A DNA stretch of 64,000 bases from an uncultured Gammaproteobacteria bacterium (GCA_964638415.1 CAZWYP010000002.1:33997-97996), one strand, 5' to 3'. Counted from the first letter of the stretch, positions 39,906-48,321 are shown. Notes: a model not told the origin generated them from the letters alone. Numbers and translations are program-made.

Positions 39906-41627
39906 ATGACAGAATTATCTTTCACTACTTTGCAAATAATGGCTTTATCCAAAGTCATTTTATTGTTAATGGTGGCAGTGGCAACAGTTTTTCTGTTTAA
40001 GTATAAAAAACCAACAGCTTTTGTCTGGCTGACCGCTGCTGGATTTATTACCTTTTATCTGGCTTTATCCTGGCCATTACAGCGCATGTGGTGGGGTAAT
40101 GTCGGTGATGAATACTTCGTGCTGGCTTATTTAGCTAAGGCTATGTTTGGCAATTTTGGGCATGATTTCTATTATGACTGGCTGCCTAATTTTTATCCCC
40201 CCTTGTATTTTTGGATTACAGCTTTAGTAGCTAAACTATTTACTGATAATACCGTGGTGGCTGCTAAAATCGGGGTAGCGGGCACTTTAGGCTTATGGTT
40301 TATTGGCAGCTATTATTGGTTGAAGTTCTTTTGGCTGAAAATTTATTCCGGGAAATTAAAGAATGAAATAATTGCTTCTGGCTGGTTTTGGTGGCTATTG
40401 CCTTTGTCTTACTTGCTGCTGTTGGATTTTGATACTGTTATCTTCAAGCCCTATGAGGCGATTAGCGCTTTAGGTGTAGTTATTTTAGTCGGTATTGTTT
40501 CCCGCAGCTTTTACGCAAAGAAATTAGAAGCTAAGTGGTATGTGTTTGTAGGGTTAACCGGCGGTGTTTTATTCTTGATTTTCCATTTTTGGTGGCTGAT
40601 AGTTGTTCCAGTATTATTAGTCTTAGCTTGTCTAACGCCGCTGTGGAAAGCTAATCTGCGCCGGCTGTTTCTCTTCGGTCTGGTTGTTTTTATTATCGGT
40701 AGCGTTTATCTATTACCTCTCTTCTGGTCTTATCTGCAGTATGGTTCAGAGAATTGGCAGGCTACTTTCATGATGCCTTTGGATTTTTATACTTTTGCAC
40801 CTTGGGGACAGTGGTCGCTTAAGGCCTTTCTATATCTACTGGGTATTATTGGTTTGATTGTTTTCCGGAAAAAAAGCTTTGTCAAAGCTAATTTATTTAT
40901 TTTAATTGGTTGTTATCTCTACCAGCTAATTAATTATTTGCTATTCTTATTCGGCGCTTCACCAATTGCCGTTTCCAAGCCTTTTTATTTCTTAGGTTCA
41001 GCGGCTATAGCTGTTGGTTTAAGTTATTTGCTAATTCATCTTTATTTGGTTTTTGTAAAAAAGCAGCAGAGGCAATTAAGGTACAGCTTGTTAATTATCT
41101 TGATGCTGGTTTTACTAGTACGCTTTCCCCATGTTTATTTCATGGACGATCCGGTAGTGTTGCGCCAGCTGGAAATAGATTTAGTAAAACCTACGGCTAG
41201 TATAGCTTTGGCTGAAAAAATTAAGACAGCAGTACCAGATTACCAGCAGCGCACTTGGTTGTCTTCCGGCAGCATGGATATTAATGCTTATCTGCCTTTG
41301 TCATATTATCTGGCGCAAAATGTCCATTTCAGCCACCATGCTTCTGTGTTCAGCCAGCGTTTTGCTGAAGTGCAGAAGTTAACGCAAGCTTTAGACTCTG
41401 CTGAGTTTATGGAGATAATCGCCAAGGGCCAGCCCAAGTCAGTTGATGGTTTGTTGTTATATAGTGCTCAGCCCGATGATGATTTTTATACTTTGTATTT
41501 CTGGATGGATAATTTCCCTAATGGTGGTAAAGACCAAGAGCTTTATCTGCCTAAAAAACTTATTTCTGATAATGATTGGCAGCTAGTTGGGCAAACAGGG
41601 CAGTGGGATATTTTTATTAAGCGATGA
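39906..41627 (+). CDS. Large polytopic membrane protein (573 aa, more than 12 TM), possibly a GT-C-type glycosyltransferase
   Basis: N-terminal TM bundle, with aromatic-rich loops and a C-terminal soluble part. Only weak family-level resemblance. Confidence 0.45.
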   Translation: MTELSFTTLQIMALSKVILLLMVAVATVFLFKYKKPTAFVWLTAAGFITFYLALSWPLQRMWWGNVGDEYFVLAYLAKAMFGNFGHDFYYDWLPNFYPPLYFWITALVAKLFTDNTVVAAKIGVAGTLGLWFIGSYYWLKFFWLKIYSGKLKNEIIASGWFWWLLPLSYLLLLDFDTVIFKPYEAISALGVVILVGIVSRSFYAKKLEAKWYVFVGLTGGVLFLIFHFWWLIVVPVLLVLACLTPLWKANLRRLFLFGLVVFIIGSVYLLPLFWSYLQYGSENWQATFMMPLDFYTFAPWGQWSLKAFLYLLGIIGLIVFRKKSFVKANLFILIGCYLYQLINYLLFLFGASPIAVSKPFYFLGSAAIAVGLSYLLIHLYLVFVKKQQRQLRYSLLIILMLVLLVRFPHVYFMDDPVVLRQLEIDLVKPTASIALAEKIKTAVPDYQQRTWLSSGSMDINAYLPLSYYLAQNVHFSHHASVFSQRFAEVQKLTQALDSAEFMEIIAKGQPKSVDGLLLYSAQPDDDFYTLYFWMDNFPNGGKDQELYLPKKLISDNDWQLVGQTGQWDIFIKR

Positions 41628-41680
41628 TTTGAAATAAGCTAAAATAAGCTAAAATTTAAGGAAAATAAGCTAATTTACCG
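41628..41680. repeat. Short tandem direct repeats of 'aaataagctaa' (x3)
   Basis: gaAATAAGCTAAAATAAGCTAAaatttaaggaAAATAAGCTAAtttacc, immediately upstream of the secE promoter. Confidence 0.5.
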
Positions 41681-41686
41681 CCACTC

Positions 41687-41715
41687 TTGCCAAATAATTT
41701 TTTTTATGCTATAGT
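41687..41715 (+). promoter_or_regulatory. Sigma70-like promoter: TTGCCA-N17-TATAGT
   Basis: Sequence 'ttgcca aataattttttttatgc tatagt', upstream of the secE-nusG-rplKA cluster. Confidence 0.5.
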
Positions 41716-41772
41716 TTCCGTTGTTAATAACAGCCAAAGAGAGCTGTTTTAAAATACCTAGATAACAACCCT

Positions 41773-41952
41773 ATGAATGCTTTAATAACCTACTTAAAAA
41801 ATTCGCGGGAAGAATTGGCTAAAGTAACTTGGCCATCTCGCCAGACTACCATTAACCATACTTTTATGGTGATTGGCGTGTCTTTGGCAGTCGCTATTTT
41901 TTTAGGAGCCATTGATTACATTTTATCTTTAGTATTGGAAATTATCCTTTAA
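41773..41952 (+). CDS. secE: Preprotein translocase subunit SecE (59 aa; below the ORF-track length cutoff)
   Basis: Sequence MNALITYLKNSREELAKVTWPSRQTTINHTFMVIGVSLAVAIFLGAIDYILSLVLEIIL. It has the 'EL.KV.WP' motif, a single TM helix, and lies directly upstream of nusG. Confidence 0.7.
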   Translation: MNALITYLKNSREELAKVTWPSRQTTINHTFMVIGVSLAVAIFLGAIDYILSLVLEIIL

Positions 41953-41955
41953 ACC

Positions 41956-42501
41956 ATGCCTAAGCAAGTATCACAACAAGGTCGTCGCTGGTATGTCTTA
42001 CATACCTACTCAGGTTATGAGGAAAATGTTTCCCGTAATCTGCGTCAGAGAATAGAATCCATGGACATGGAGGATAAGATTTTTGATGTCTTAATTCCTA
42101 CTGAAACTAAGATTAAGATCAAGGGCGGCAAGCGCAAAATGATCAAGGAAAAGATTTTTCCTGGCTATGTTTTAGTCAATATGATCGTCACTGACGCTTC
42201 CTGGTATGTGGTGCGTAATACCCCGAATGTTACCGGCTTTGTCGGTTCAGGTACTACACCAACTCCAGTTTCTGAAGATGAAATTAAATCCCTATTGAAG
42301 CGCATGGGAGAGGAAGAACCGGAATTCAAGATCGATATGCAAGTGGGTGAATTGGTTAAAATTACCGATGGTCCTTTCAAGGATTATGAAGGTAAGATTT
42401 CAGAAGTGGATGAATCCCGCGGCAAAGCCAAGGTTCTGGTTTCCATGTTTGGCCGGGAGACGCCAGTAGAATTAGACTTTTTACAGATTAAGAAAATATA
42501 A
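41956..42501 (+). CDS. nusG: Transcription termination/antitermination factor NusG
   Basis: NGN domain 'WYVLHTYSGYE' and KOW domain 'GELVKITDGPFKDYEGKI'. Confidence 0.9.
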   Translation: MPKQVSQQGRRWYVLHTYSGYEENVSRNLRQRIESMDMEDKIFDVLIPTETKIKIKGGKRKMIKEKIFPGYVLVNMIVTDASWYVVRNTPNVTGFVGSGTTPTPVSEDEIKSLLKRMGEEEPEFKIDMQVGELVKITDGPFKDYEGKISEVDESRGKAKVLVSMFGRETPVELDFLQIKKI

Positions 42502-42509
42502 ATAAGACT

Positions 42510-42938
42510 ATGGCAAAAGAAATTAAACAGATTGTAAAGTTGCAAATTCCTGCCGGTAAAGCTAACCCAGCGCCTCCGGTTGGTACGGCCTTAGGACCGC
42601 ATGGAGTTAATATCCAGGAATTCTGCACTAAGTTCAATGAAGCTTCCAAAGATAGAATGGGAGAGATTGTACCGGTGGAAATGACTATTTTTACCGATCG
42701 TACTTTTACTTTTATTCTCAAAACTGCTCCGGCTTCAGATATGATTAAGAATAAATTAAAATTGCCTAAGGGTTCCAGCAAGCCTTTAATGGAGAAAGTG
42801 GGAATTTTAACCGACAAGCAGTTAGCAGAAATTGCCCAAGCCAAGATGCCGGATTTAAATACCACTGATCTGGAAGCCGCTAAGAAGATTATTGCCGGCA
42901 CTGCCAGACAAATGGGTGTCAGAATTGCAGATAAATAA
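42510..42938 (+). CDS. rplK: 50S ribosomal protein L11
   Basis: 'KLQIPAGKANPAPPVGTALGPHGVNI...'. Confidence 0.95.
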   Translation: MAKEIKQIVKLQIPAGKANPAPPVGTALGPHGVNIQEFCTKFNEASKDRMGEIVPVEMTIFTDRTFTFILKTAPASDMIKNKLKLPKGSSKPLMEKVGILTDKQLAEIAQAKMPDLNTTDLEAAKKIIAGTARQMGVRIADK

Positions 42939-42998
42939 ACTATTTAATTAATGAGGGAGTTTGTTAAACAGACGTTAATACCTCGTAACAGAAAATAT

Positions 42999-43685
42999 AT
43001 GAGCAAAACAGGAAAACGCTTGCAAGCTGCTCAAGCTAAAGTGGAAAAAGGAAAAACTTACAGTATTACCGAAGCGGTAAAATTGGTAAAAGAAACATCC
43101 AATGTTAAGTTTGATGCTACCGTAGAAGTGCATGCCAAGCTGGGAATTGACCCTAAGAAGGGCGACCAGATTGTTCGTGGCTCTGTGGTCTTGCCTCACG
43201 GCAGTGGCAAAAGCTTGAAAGTAGCGGCTTTTGTACCAACTGACCGCATCAAAGAAGCTAAGACTGCTGGAGCGGATATAGCCGGAGATGATGAACTGAT
43301 TGAAGAAATAAAAAAGACCGGTAAATGCGATTTTGATGTCGCTGTCACCGTGCCTAGCATGATGAAGAACTTAGCAGTCATTGCCCGCGTTTTAGGCCAG
43401 AAAGGCTTAATGCCTAATCCCAAGACGGATACCATCAACGAAGATCTTAATAAGATGATCGGTGAACTGAAGAAAGGAAAATTGTCTTATAAGAATGACG
43501 ATACAGCCAATGTCCATGCGGTGATCGGAAAAGTATCATTTACCGAAGAGCAAATCCAAGATAATTTCAAAGCTTTTCTGGAATCATTAAAGAGAATTAA
43601 GCCAGCTTCCATTAAGGGTAGTTATATCAAATCTTTGACTGTTACCACTTCCATGGGCCCGGGCATTAGAGTAAATAGCAATTAA
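42999..43685 (+). CDS. rplA: 50S ribosomal protein L1
   Basis: 'MSKTGKRL...' aligns with bacterial L1 N-termini. The six-frame ORF's upstream extension from 42951 was not adopted. Confidence 0.9.
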   Translation: MSKTGKRLQAAQAKVEKGKTYSITEAVKLVKETSNVKFDATVEVHAKLGIDPKKGDQIVRGSVVLPHGSGKSLKVAAFVPTDRIKEAKTAGADIAGDDELIEEIKKTGKCDFDVAVTVPSMMKNLAVIARVLGQKGLMPNPKTDTINEDLNKMIGELKKGKLSYKNDDTANVHAVIGKVSFTEEQIQDNFKAFLESLKRIKPASIKGSYIKSLTVTTSMGPGIRVNSN

Positions 43686-43693
43686 ATTTAAAG

Positions 43694-43718
43694 ATCCTGA
43701 TTTATTTCAGGATTTTTA
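43694..43718 (+). terminator. Intrinsic terminator after rplA
   Basis: ATCCTGA-tttatt-TCAGGAT followed by TTTTT. Confidence 0.55.
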
Positions 43719-43733
43719 GTTAAATAAAATATT

Positions 43734-44141
43734 ATGCCAACTTTAGAAACACCAACACAGAATTTAGAAACTCTCAATGAGGAAATAGGGACACTGCTAG
43801 ATGAATTAGCAGCTAAAGCGAAGGTAATTACTGAAGACAGTTTTGAGGAGTTTAAGCAAGCTCAGGCTCTTTTGCAACAAGCTAAAACTCTAGGTTTGGA
43901 AGTTAAAGACTACCAGCAGAAATTTACTGAAGCAGTAGCCAGATATTATGATGAAATTATTAATAAGGTAATTGGGCAGTTGGAAGAGAAAGTTAATAAT
44001 TCCCAGCCGGAAGCATATTTATTACTAACTAAAGCCGGCCATTTATTATCTGAAGCTAAAGGTTTTGGCGTAGATATGCTGGAAGAGCATGAAAAAATGC
44101 AACAGCTGGATAAGCTGACTCAGGAAAAAATAAGATTATAG
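43734..44141 (+). CDS. Hypothetical alpha-helical protein (135 aa)
   Basis: Helical. No recognisable motif. Confidence 0.4.
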   Translation: MPTLETPTQNLETLNEEIGTLLDELAAKAKVITEDSFEEFKQAQALLQQAKTLGLEVKDYQQKFTEAVARYYDEIINKVIGQLEEKVNNSQPEAYLLLTKAGHLLSEAKGFGVDMLEEHEKMQQLDKLTQEKIRL

Positions 44142-44149
44142 TAAAAAGA

Positions 44150-44468
44150 AAAACACCCACTCTTAAGCAGTTGCTTAGGGTGGGTGTTTAAATTGGAGGT
44201 CCAAGTGCGGTGTTGATCGCTTCGTTGTCGGTGTGGATTTCTCCACGTGTTGGTTGATTTTTCGCCAGTTATGGCGACTTGTTTTGTACCAGAGCATAGA
44301 GCCACCGGTAGCTTCAAAGTTCCGCAAAGGAAACCAACGGCGGCGCAGACAAATAAGCAACGATCCCAAAAGGCGGATCGTATCGAGATGAGAGCGCGGA
44401 CCACGGGGTCCGGATCAGACAGCGATTCAGCCGCACTTGGACTTTTCATTTGTTCAGAGAACATTAAT
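44150..44468 (-). ncRNA. Candidate structured ncRNA of unidentified class (about 320 nt)
   Basis: GC-rich relative to flanks, and only short non-protein-like ORFs on both strands. On the minus strand there is a promoter TTGACA-N16-TAATAT (plus 44475-44502). A long-range 12-bp helix GUCCAAGUGCGG/CCGCACUUGGAC pairs the 5' and 3' ends. Multiple internal hairpins include a GAAA tetraloop. It ends in a strong stem followed by UUUUUCUUUUU (plus 44152-44193). Confidence 0.45.
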
Positions 44469-44570
44469 ATCTATATATTAGCATAATTTATTATTTTGTC
44501 AACAGTCTTAATTTGCCAAGATTATTGCGGTATGTTAAGTTGTTTTTAAGCTAAACAGTAAGTAAAATAT

Positions 44571-46055
44571 ATGATTTTATCTTTAGTTAATGATTTAAAA
44601 CAAACAACTAATGACCTTTTATTTTTTCCCGTCAGCCAAGATAGTGAACAAATTAATAAGCTGTTAAAGCAGTTGCATGCTGACAATAAAGAAAATATCT
44701 GGCGCTTGAAAAAAGAGAATTTTTCAGGAAAAGTTGGACAGACTTTTACTGTTTTTAGTAAGCCAAGCATTGTGCTATTAGGTCTTGGAAAATTAGATAA
44801 AATAACTTCAGAGCATTGGCGGCAAACCGCCGGGCAATTAGTCCATTATTTGGAGAATTACCAGGCAGAGGAAATAGGCATTATAGCTAATTATTGGTTT
44901 AAAGGCAGTCAGAATGCTTACCAGCTTGGACAAGCTTTAGCAGTAGGATTATCTTTGGCTAATTACCAGTTTAATAAATATAAAAAACAGGAAGATAAAC
45001 TGTCTGTAAACATCAGACAATTTAATGTGGCAATTAATCCAGATAAGCGCTTATCTTTTAAGAAAGGCTGGGAAGATGGTCTGCTTTTGGCTAAGGGCAC
45101 TAAAGTTGCCCGTGATTTAGTCAATGAACCGGCCAGAGTGATGACGCCTGAATTTCTGGCTCAGTATGCCAAAAGCTTATCTGGGCATGGATCAGGGATT
45201 GCGGTTAAGATTTTAGAAAAAGATGATTGTCTCAAATTAGGCATGCAGGCCTTTTTAAGCGTAGCGGAAGGATCTAATAAGCCGCCAAAATTTATTCACT
45301 TGGTTTATAAGCCTAAAGCCCGAACTAAAAATAAAATAGCCTTAGTCGGCAAAGGAATTACTTTTGACAGTGGCGGTTTGAACATTAAGCATGATGATGG
45401 CATGATTAACATGAAGATTGATATGGGCGGAGCAGCAACAGTGCTGGGCTTATTTGCTATTTTACCCCAGTTAAAACCGCGGGCTGAAGTGCATGGCTTT
45501 ATTGCTGCTTGTGAGAATATGCCTTCCGGATCTGCTTTAAAGCCCGGCGATGTAGTCAGTAATTTGCAAGGAAAGACTATGGAGATTGGCAATACTGATG
45601 CTGAAGGCAGAGTAACCTTAGCCGATTCATTAGCTTATGCCCAGAAAAAAGGCCTGAAAACCATTATTGATTTAGCTACTTTAACGGGAGCAGTAATGGT
45701 AGCTTTAGGTGATCGTTATGCCGGCTTATTTGCTAATAATGATGAGTTAGCTAAGAATATCTTAAATGCCGCGCAAATATCTGGAGAAAAGATTTGGCAA
45801 TTGCCTTTGCCTTCAGAGTATAAGGAGTTAAATAAAAGCCAGATTGCTGATGTCCGCAATATTCCTTCTTCCAGATACGGCGGAGCAATTAGCGCTGCGC
45901 TTTTCTTGCAGGAGTTTATTAACAACGATGTTGCTTGGGCTCATTTAGATATTGCCGGCCCAGTTTATGCTGAGAAGCCTTTTAATAGCTATACGCCGGT
46001 GGGTGGGGTAGGATTCGGCGTGCGTACTTTAGCGGAATGGTTGAAAAATTTTTAG
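44571..46055 (+). CDS. pepA: Leucyl aminopeptidase (M17 family)
   Basis: 'VGKGITFDSGG', 'NTDAEGRV', 'DLATLTGA'. Confidence 0.85.
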   Translation: MILSLVNDLKQTTNDLLFFPVSQDSEQINKLLKQLHADNKENIWRLKKENFSGKVGQTFTVFSKPSIVLLGLGKLDKITSEHWRQTAGQLVHYLENYQAEEIGIIANYWFKGSQNAYQLGQALAVGLSLANYQFNKYKKQEDKLSVNIRQFNVAINPDKRLSFKKGWEDGLLLAKGTKVARDLVNEPARVMTPEFLAQYAKSLSGHGSGIAVKILEKDDCLKLGMQAFLSVAEGSNKPPKFIHLVYKPKARTKNKIALVGKGITFDSGGLNIKHDDGMINMKIDMGGAATVLGLFAILPQLKPRAEVHGFIAACENMPSGSALKPGDVVSNLQGKTMEIGNTDAEGRVTLADSLAYAQKKGLKTIIDLATLTGAVMVALGDRYAGLFANNDELAKNILNAAQISGEKIWQLPLPSEYKELNKSQIADVRNIPSSRYGGAISAALFLQEFINNDVAWAHLDIAGPVYAEKPFNSYTPVGGVGFGVRTLAEWLKNF

Positions 46056-46132
46056 CTTTTTATAATTGTGTAATACAGCTTCCCATTTTTATTATAGTTG
46101 CTTTATATGGCAATAAGTTGTATATATATAAT

Positions 46133-46630
46133 ATGAGGACAATTAAGCAAGTAGATAAGTTTATAAAAAATCTTGAAAGTAAAGCCAAAAAAGACAAAAT
46201 TCAAAGATTTTTGGTTGGTGGTGTTGTTTTTTCAATGGGGAAGATTTTAATAGTTAGAAGGTCATTTAAGGATGATTTTTTGCCAGGTTATTTTGAGATC
46301 CCTGGTGGGCGTATTGAAGAAGATGAAAATATTATCCAAGGATTAGAAAGAGAAATAGAGGAAGAGACAAATCTTAAAATAAAAGGACAGCTTAAGTATA
46401 TTGGTTATTTTGATGTCGTTTCTCCTGATGGAAAAAAAGCTAGACAGTTTAATTTTTTAGTCCAGACTATTAGTAATAAAGTTAAACTTTCTGATGAACA
46501 TTATTCACATCATTGGTTTGGAATAGATAATTATAAGGATATTTTTTCTTTACAAATTATTATACCTATAAAGAAATTATTAGAGAAAGTTATTAGTCAA
46601 ATAGAAAAAGATCCATCAGTTGCAATATGA
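46133..46630 (+). CDS. Nudix hydrolase
   Basis: Nudix box 'GGRIEEDENIIQGLEREIEEETNL'. AT-rich. The ORF-track start at 46037 carries a hydrophobic N-terminal extension. An internal Met was chosen. Confidence 0.55.
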   Translation: MRTIKQVDKFIKNLESKAKKDKIQRFLVGGVVFSMGKILIVRRSFKDDFLPGYFEIPGGRIEEDENIIQGLEREIEEETNLKIKGQLKYIGYFDVVSPDGKKARQFNFLVQTISNKVKLSDEHYSHHWFGIDNYKDIFSLQIIIPIKKLLEKVISQIEKDPSVAI

Positions 46631-46644
46631 TGGATCTTTAATAT

Positions 46645-47640
46645 TCACTTCGGGCCTTGATGAAAAATAGCCTTGTCATAGATTTGAAGTGCGTCGTGTA
46701 TAATCACCTTTAGTTTATCTAGGTTGATTTGTCTGGTATCTATACACAAATCTTCCCTAAATAAACAATATTGTAAACGAGAATCTGCAGTCAATCTAAG
46801 AGCCATGAGAGCTGAGTCACAAGGGTAATATTTACATCCAGCACAAATTGATCCATACCATGCTCCTTCGTGGTGGTCTTTTAGGATTACGGTTAGGCCT
46901 AGGGGCATGGTAAATTTTAACATTGGATTTCCGAGTCCTCCTGGTTGTAAGTACGTTTCTGCTTTGTTTGCAGACATTCTCAATCTATCTGCTATCGTGT
47001 TGAGAGGTAGGTAAATTTTGCGCAGTGAATCAATTCCTAAGAGTCGGGCGCGACTAATGAATGTCTCAGGTCCATCTTCAACATCTGCCATAAGGTCAAG
47101 GAGTTTTAATTCTTTTACTCCTATATTTTGGCAGAAATTAATCATTTCATCCACTTCATGGTCATTTATTCCAGACATAATAACCATGTTGACTTTACAG
47201 GGAATGCCAGCGTCCACGCATTTTTTTAATGCATCTAACAAAATTTCCAAGTCTTTGATTCCAGTAATTTTTTGATGCAGCTCAGGATCAAGTGTGTCGA
47301 CGCTAAAGTTTAATAAATCCAAATTGGATTCAATAAACGATTGAAAATGGTTAACAATCCTTGGATGTCTAGATATCACCTCTAGACTGCAGTTCATTTG
47401 ATTTTTAATCTGTTGAACAACTTTGCTCAAGTAAGGCCATAAAGCGGGATCTCCTCCAGTCAGCTTTATTTTGTTTATACCAAAATCAACGCAAATTTTT
47501 GCAATAATTAACACTGTTTTTGGATCCAATTCTAGCGCAGGGGATGTTTGTACCGCTTCTCCAGAAGGTCGGCAGAAAAAACAAGCTCTACCACATCGAG
47601 AGTTGACGGCTATTCTGAGTTGTGGTAACTTCGAAAACAT
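46645..47640 (-). CDS. MoaA-like radical SAM enzyme (GTP 3',8-cyclase family architecture)
   Basis: 'LRIAVNSRCGRACFFCRP' (CX3CX2C), 'KLTGGDPALWP', and a C-terminal 'CAGC...RLTADSRLQYCLF' that resembles the MoaA auxiliary cluster / GTP-binding tail. The start is probably the second Met (a GGGAGAG RBS lies upstream of it). Confidence 0.65.
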   Translation of the reverse strand: MFSKLPQLRIAVNSRCGRACFFCRPSGEAVQTSPALELDPKTVLIIAKICVDFGINKIKLTGGDPALWPYLSKVVQQIKNQMNCSLEVISRHPRIVNHFQSFIESNLDLLNFSVDTLDPELHQKITGIKDLEILLDALKKCVDAGIPCKVNMVIMSGINDHEVDEMINFCQNIGVKELKLLDLMADVEDGPETFISRARLLGIDSLRKIYLPLNTIADRLRMSANKAETYLQPGGLGNPMLKFTMPLGLTVILKDHHEGAWYGSICAGCKYYPCDSALMALRLTADSRLQYCLFREDLCIDTRQINLDKLKVIIHDALQIYDKAIFHQGPK

Positions 47641-47735
47641 TTTTAGCTCTCCCATAGATTTAATTTAAAGAACACTATTCAAGTAATCCATACTGTCATA
47701 TAAATTAAAATTTGTCAAAATTTTTAGAGAAATAA

Positions 47736-47766
47736 AAATCCTGCTTTAAAGGCAGGATTTTTTAAT
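47736..47766. terminator. Bidirectional intrinsic terminator between the MoaA-like gene and pth
   Basis: AAAAATCCTGC-tttaaag-GCAGGATTTTTT, with an A-tract on one side and a T-tract on the other. Confidence 0.55.
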
Positions 47767-48316
47767 TATACTTATTAGCAGCTATATCTGGACTTTCGGC
47801 AATAATTGTTTCTAGAGCTAGGGCAGCGGTATCGGCAATTTCTGGAATTTTCTTTTTTTGCTCAACTGAGAAATTCTGCAGGACAAAGTCTTCAGCTTTT
47901 CCTTGCTGGGGAGCTAAGCCTAGTCGAATACGGATAAATTCTTTAGATTTTAAATGTTCAATAATGGAATTAACGCCATTATGTCCGCCACCGGAACGAT
48001 TAGCGGAAATGCGTATTTTGCCAAAAGGCAGATCCAGATCATCGTAAATAACAATGATATTTTTAGGGGTAATTTTATAAAAATGCTTCAGAGCTTGAAC
48101 GGCTAATCCGGAATTATTCATAAAAGTTAAGGGTTTGGCTAAGATAATTTTCTCCGCTCCCAAGCTAAATTCCGCCACTTCACTTAGACTGACTTTATGC
48201 TTTTTCCAAGTAAGCTGTTTTTTATTGGCAATATTATCTAAAACCAGCCAGCCAAAATTATGCCTGGTCCATTGGTATTTTGCTTCTGGATTGCCTAAGC
48301 CAATTACTAATTTCAT
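47762..48316 (-). CDS. pth: Peptidyl-tRNA hydrolase
   Basis: 'LVIGLGNPEAKYQWTRHNFGW', 'DDLDLPFGKIR'. Confidence 0.9.
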   Translation of the reverse strand: MKLVIGLGNPEAKYQWTRHNFGWLVLDNIANKKQLTWKKHKVSLSEVAEFSLGAEKIILAKPLTFMNNSGLAVQALKHFYKITPKNIIVIYDDLDLPFGKIRISANRSGGGHNGVNSIIEHLKSKEFIRIRLGLAPQQGKAEDFVLQNFSVEQKKKIPEIADTAALALETIIAESPDIAANKYN

Positions 48317-48321
48317 TATTT

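Noticed and set aside
41628-41680. Possible CRISPR or minisatellite array
   Set aside because: There are only three 11-nt repeats with 0-10 nt spacers. That is far too short and irregular for CRISPR. It was recorded as a short tandem repeat.
42951-42998. 16-codon N-terminal extension of rplA (MREFVKQTLIPRNRKY)
   Set aside because: Bacterial L1 proteins begin at the MSK(T/R)GK… motif, which is found here at 42999. The extension is more likely untranslated leader.
44150-44468. Identity of the candidate ncRNA as RNase P RNA, tmRNA, SRP RNA or 6S RNA
   Set aside because: By eye I could not find the RNase P conserved regions (GGAAAGUCCGGGC… / AGGGUGAAA.GGUGCGGUAAGAGCGCACC / ACAGAA.CCGGCUUA) or the tmRNA tRNA-like ends (GGGG…/…GGUUCGAUUCC…CCACCA). 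The SRP domain IV motif (GGUCCGGAAGGAAGCAGC) is absent. The length exceeds 6S. It is left unclassified. A covariance-model search should make the final call.
44120-44486. Three mutually overlapping ORFs (64-114 aa) on both strands in the GC-rich intergenic region
   Set aside because: Their translations are proline/arginine/serine-rich with no protein-like hydrophobic periodicity. The overlaps are mutually exclusive. The region is better explained by a structured RNA.
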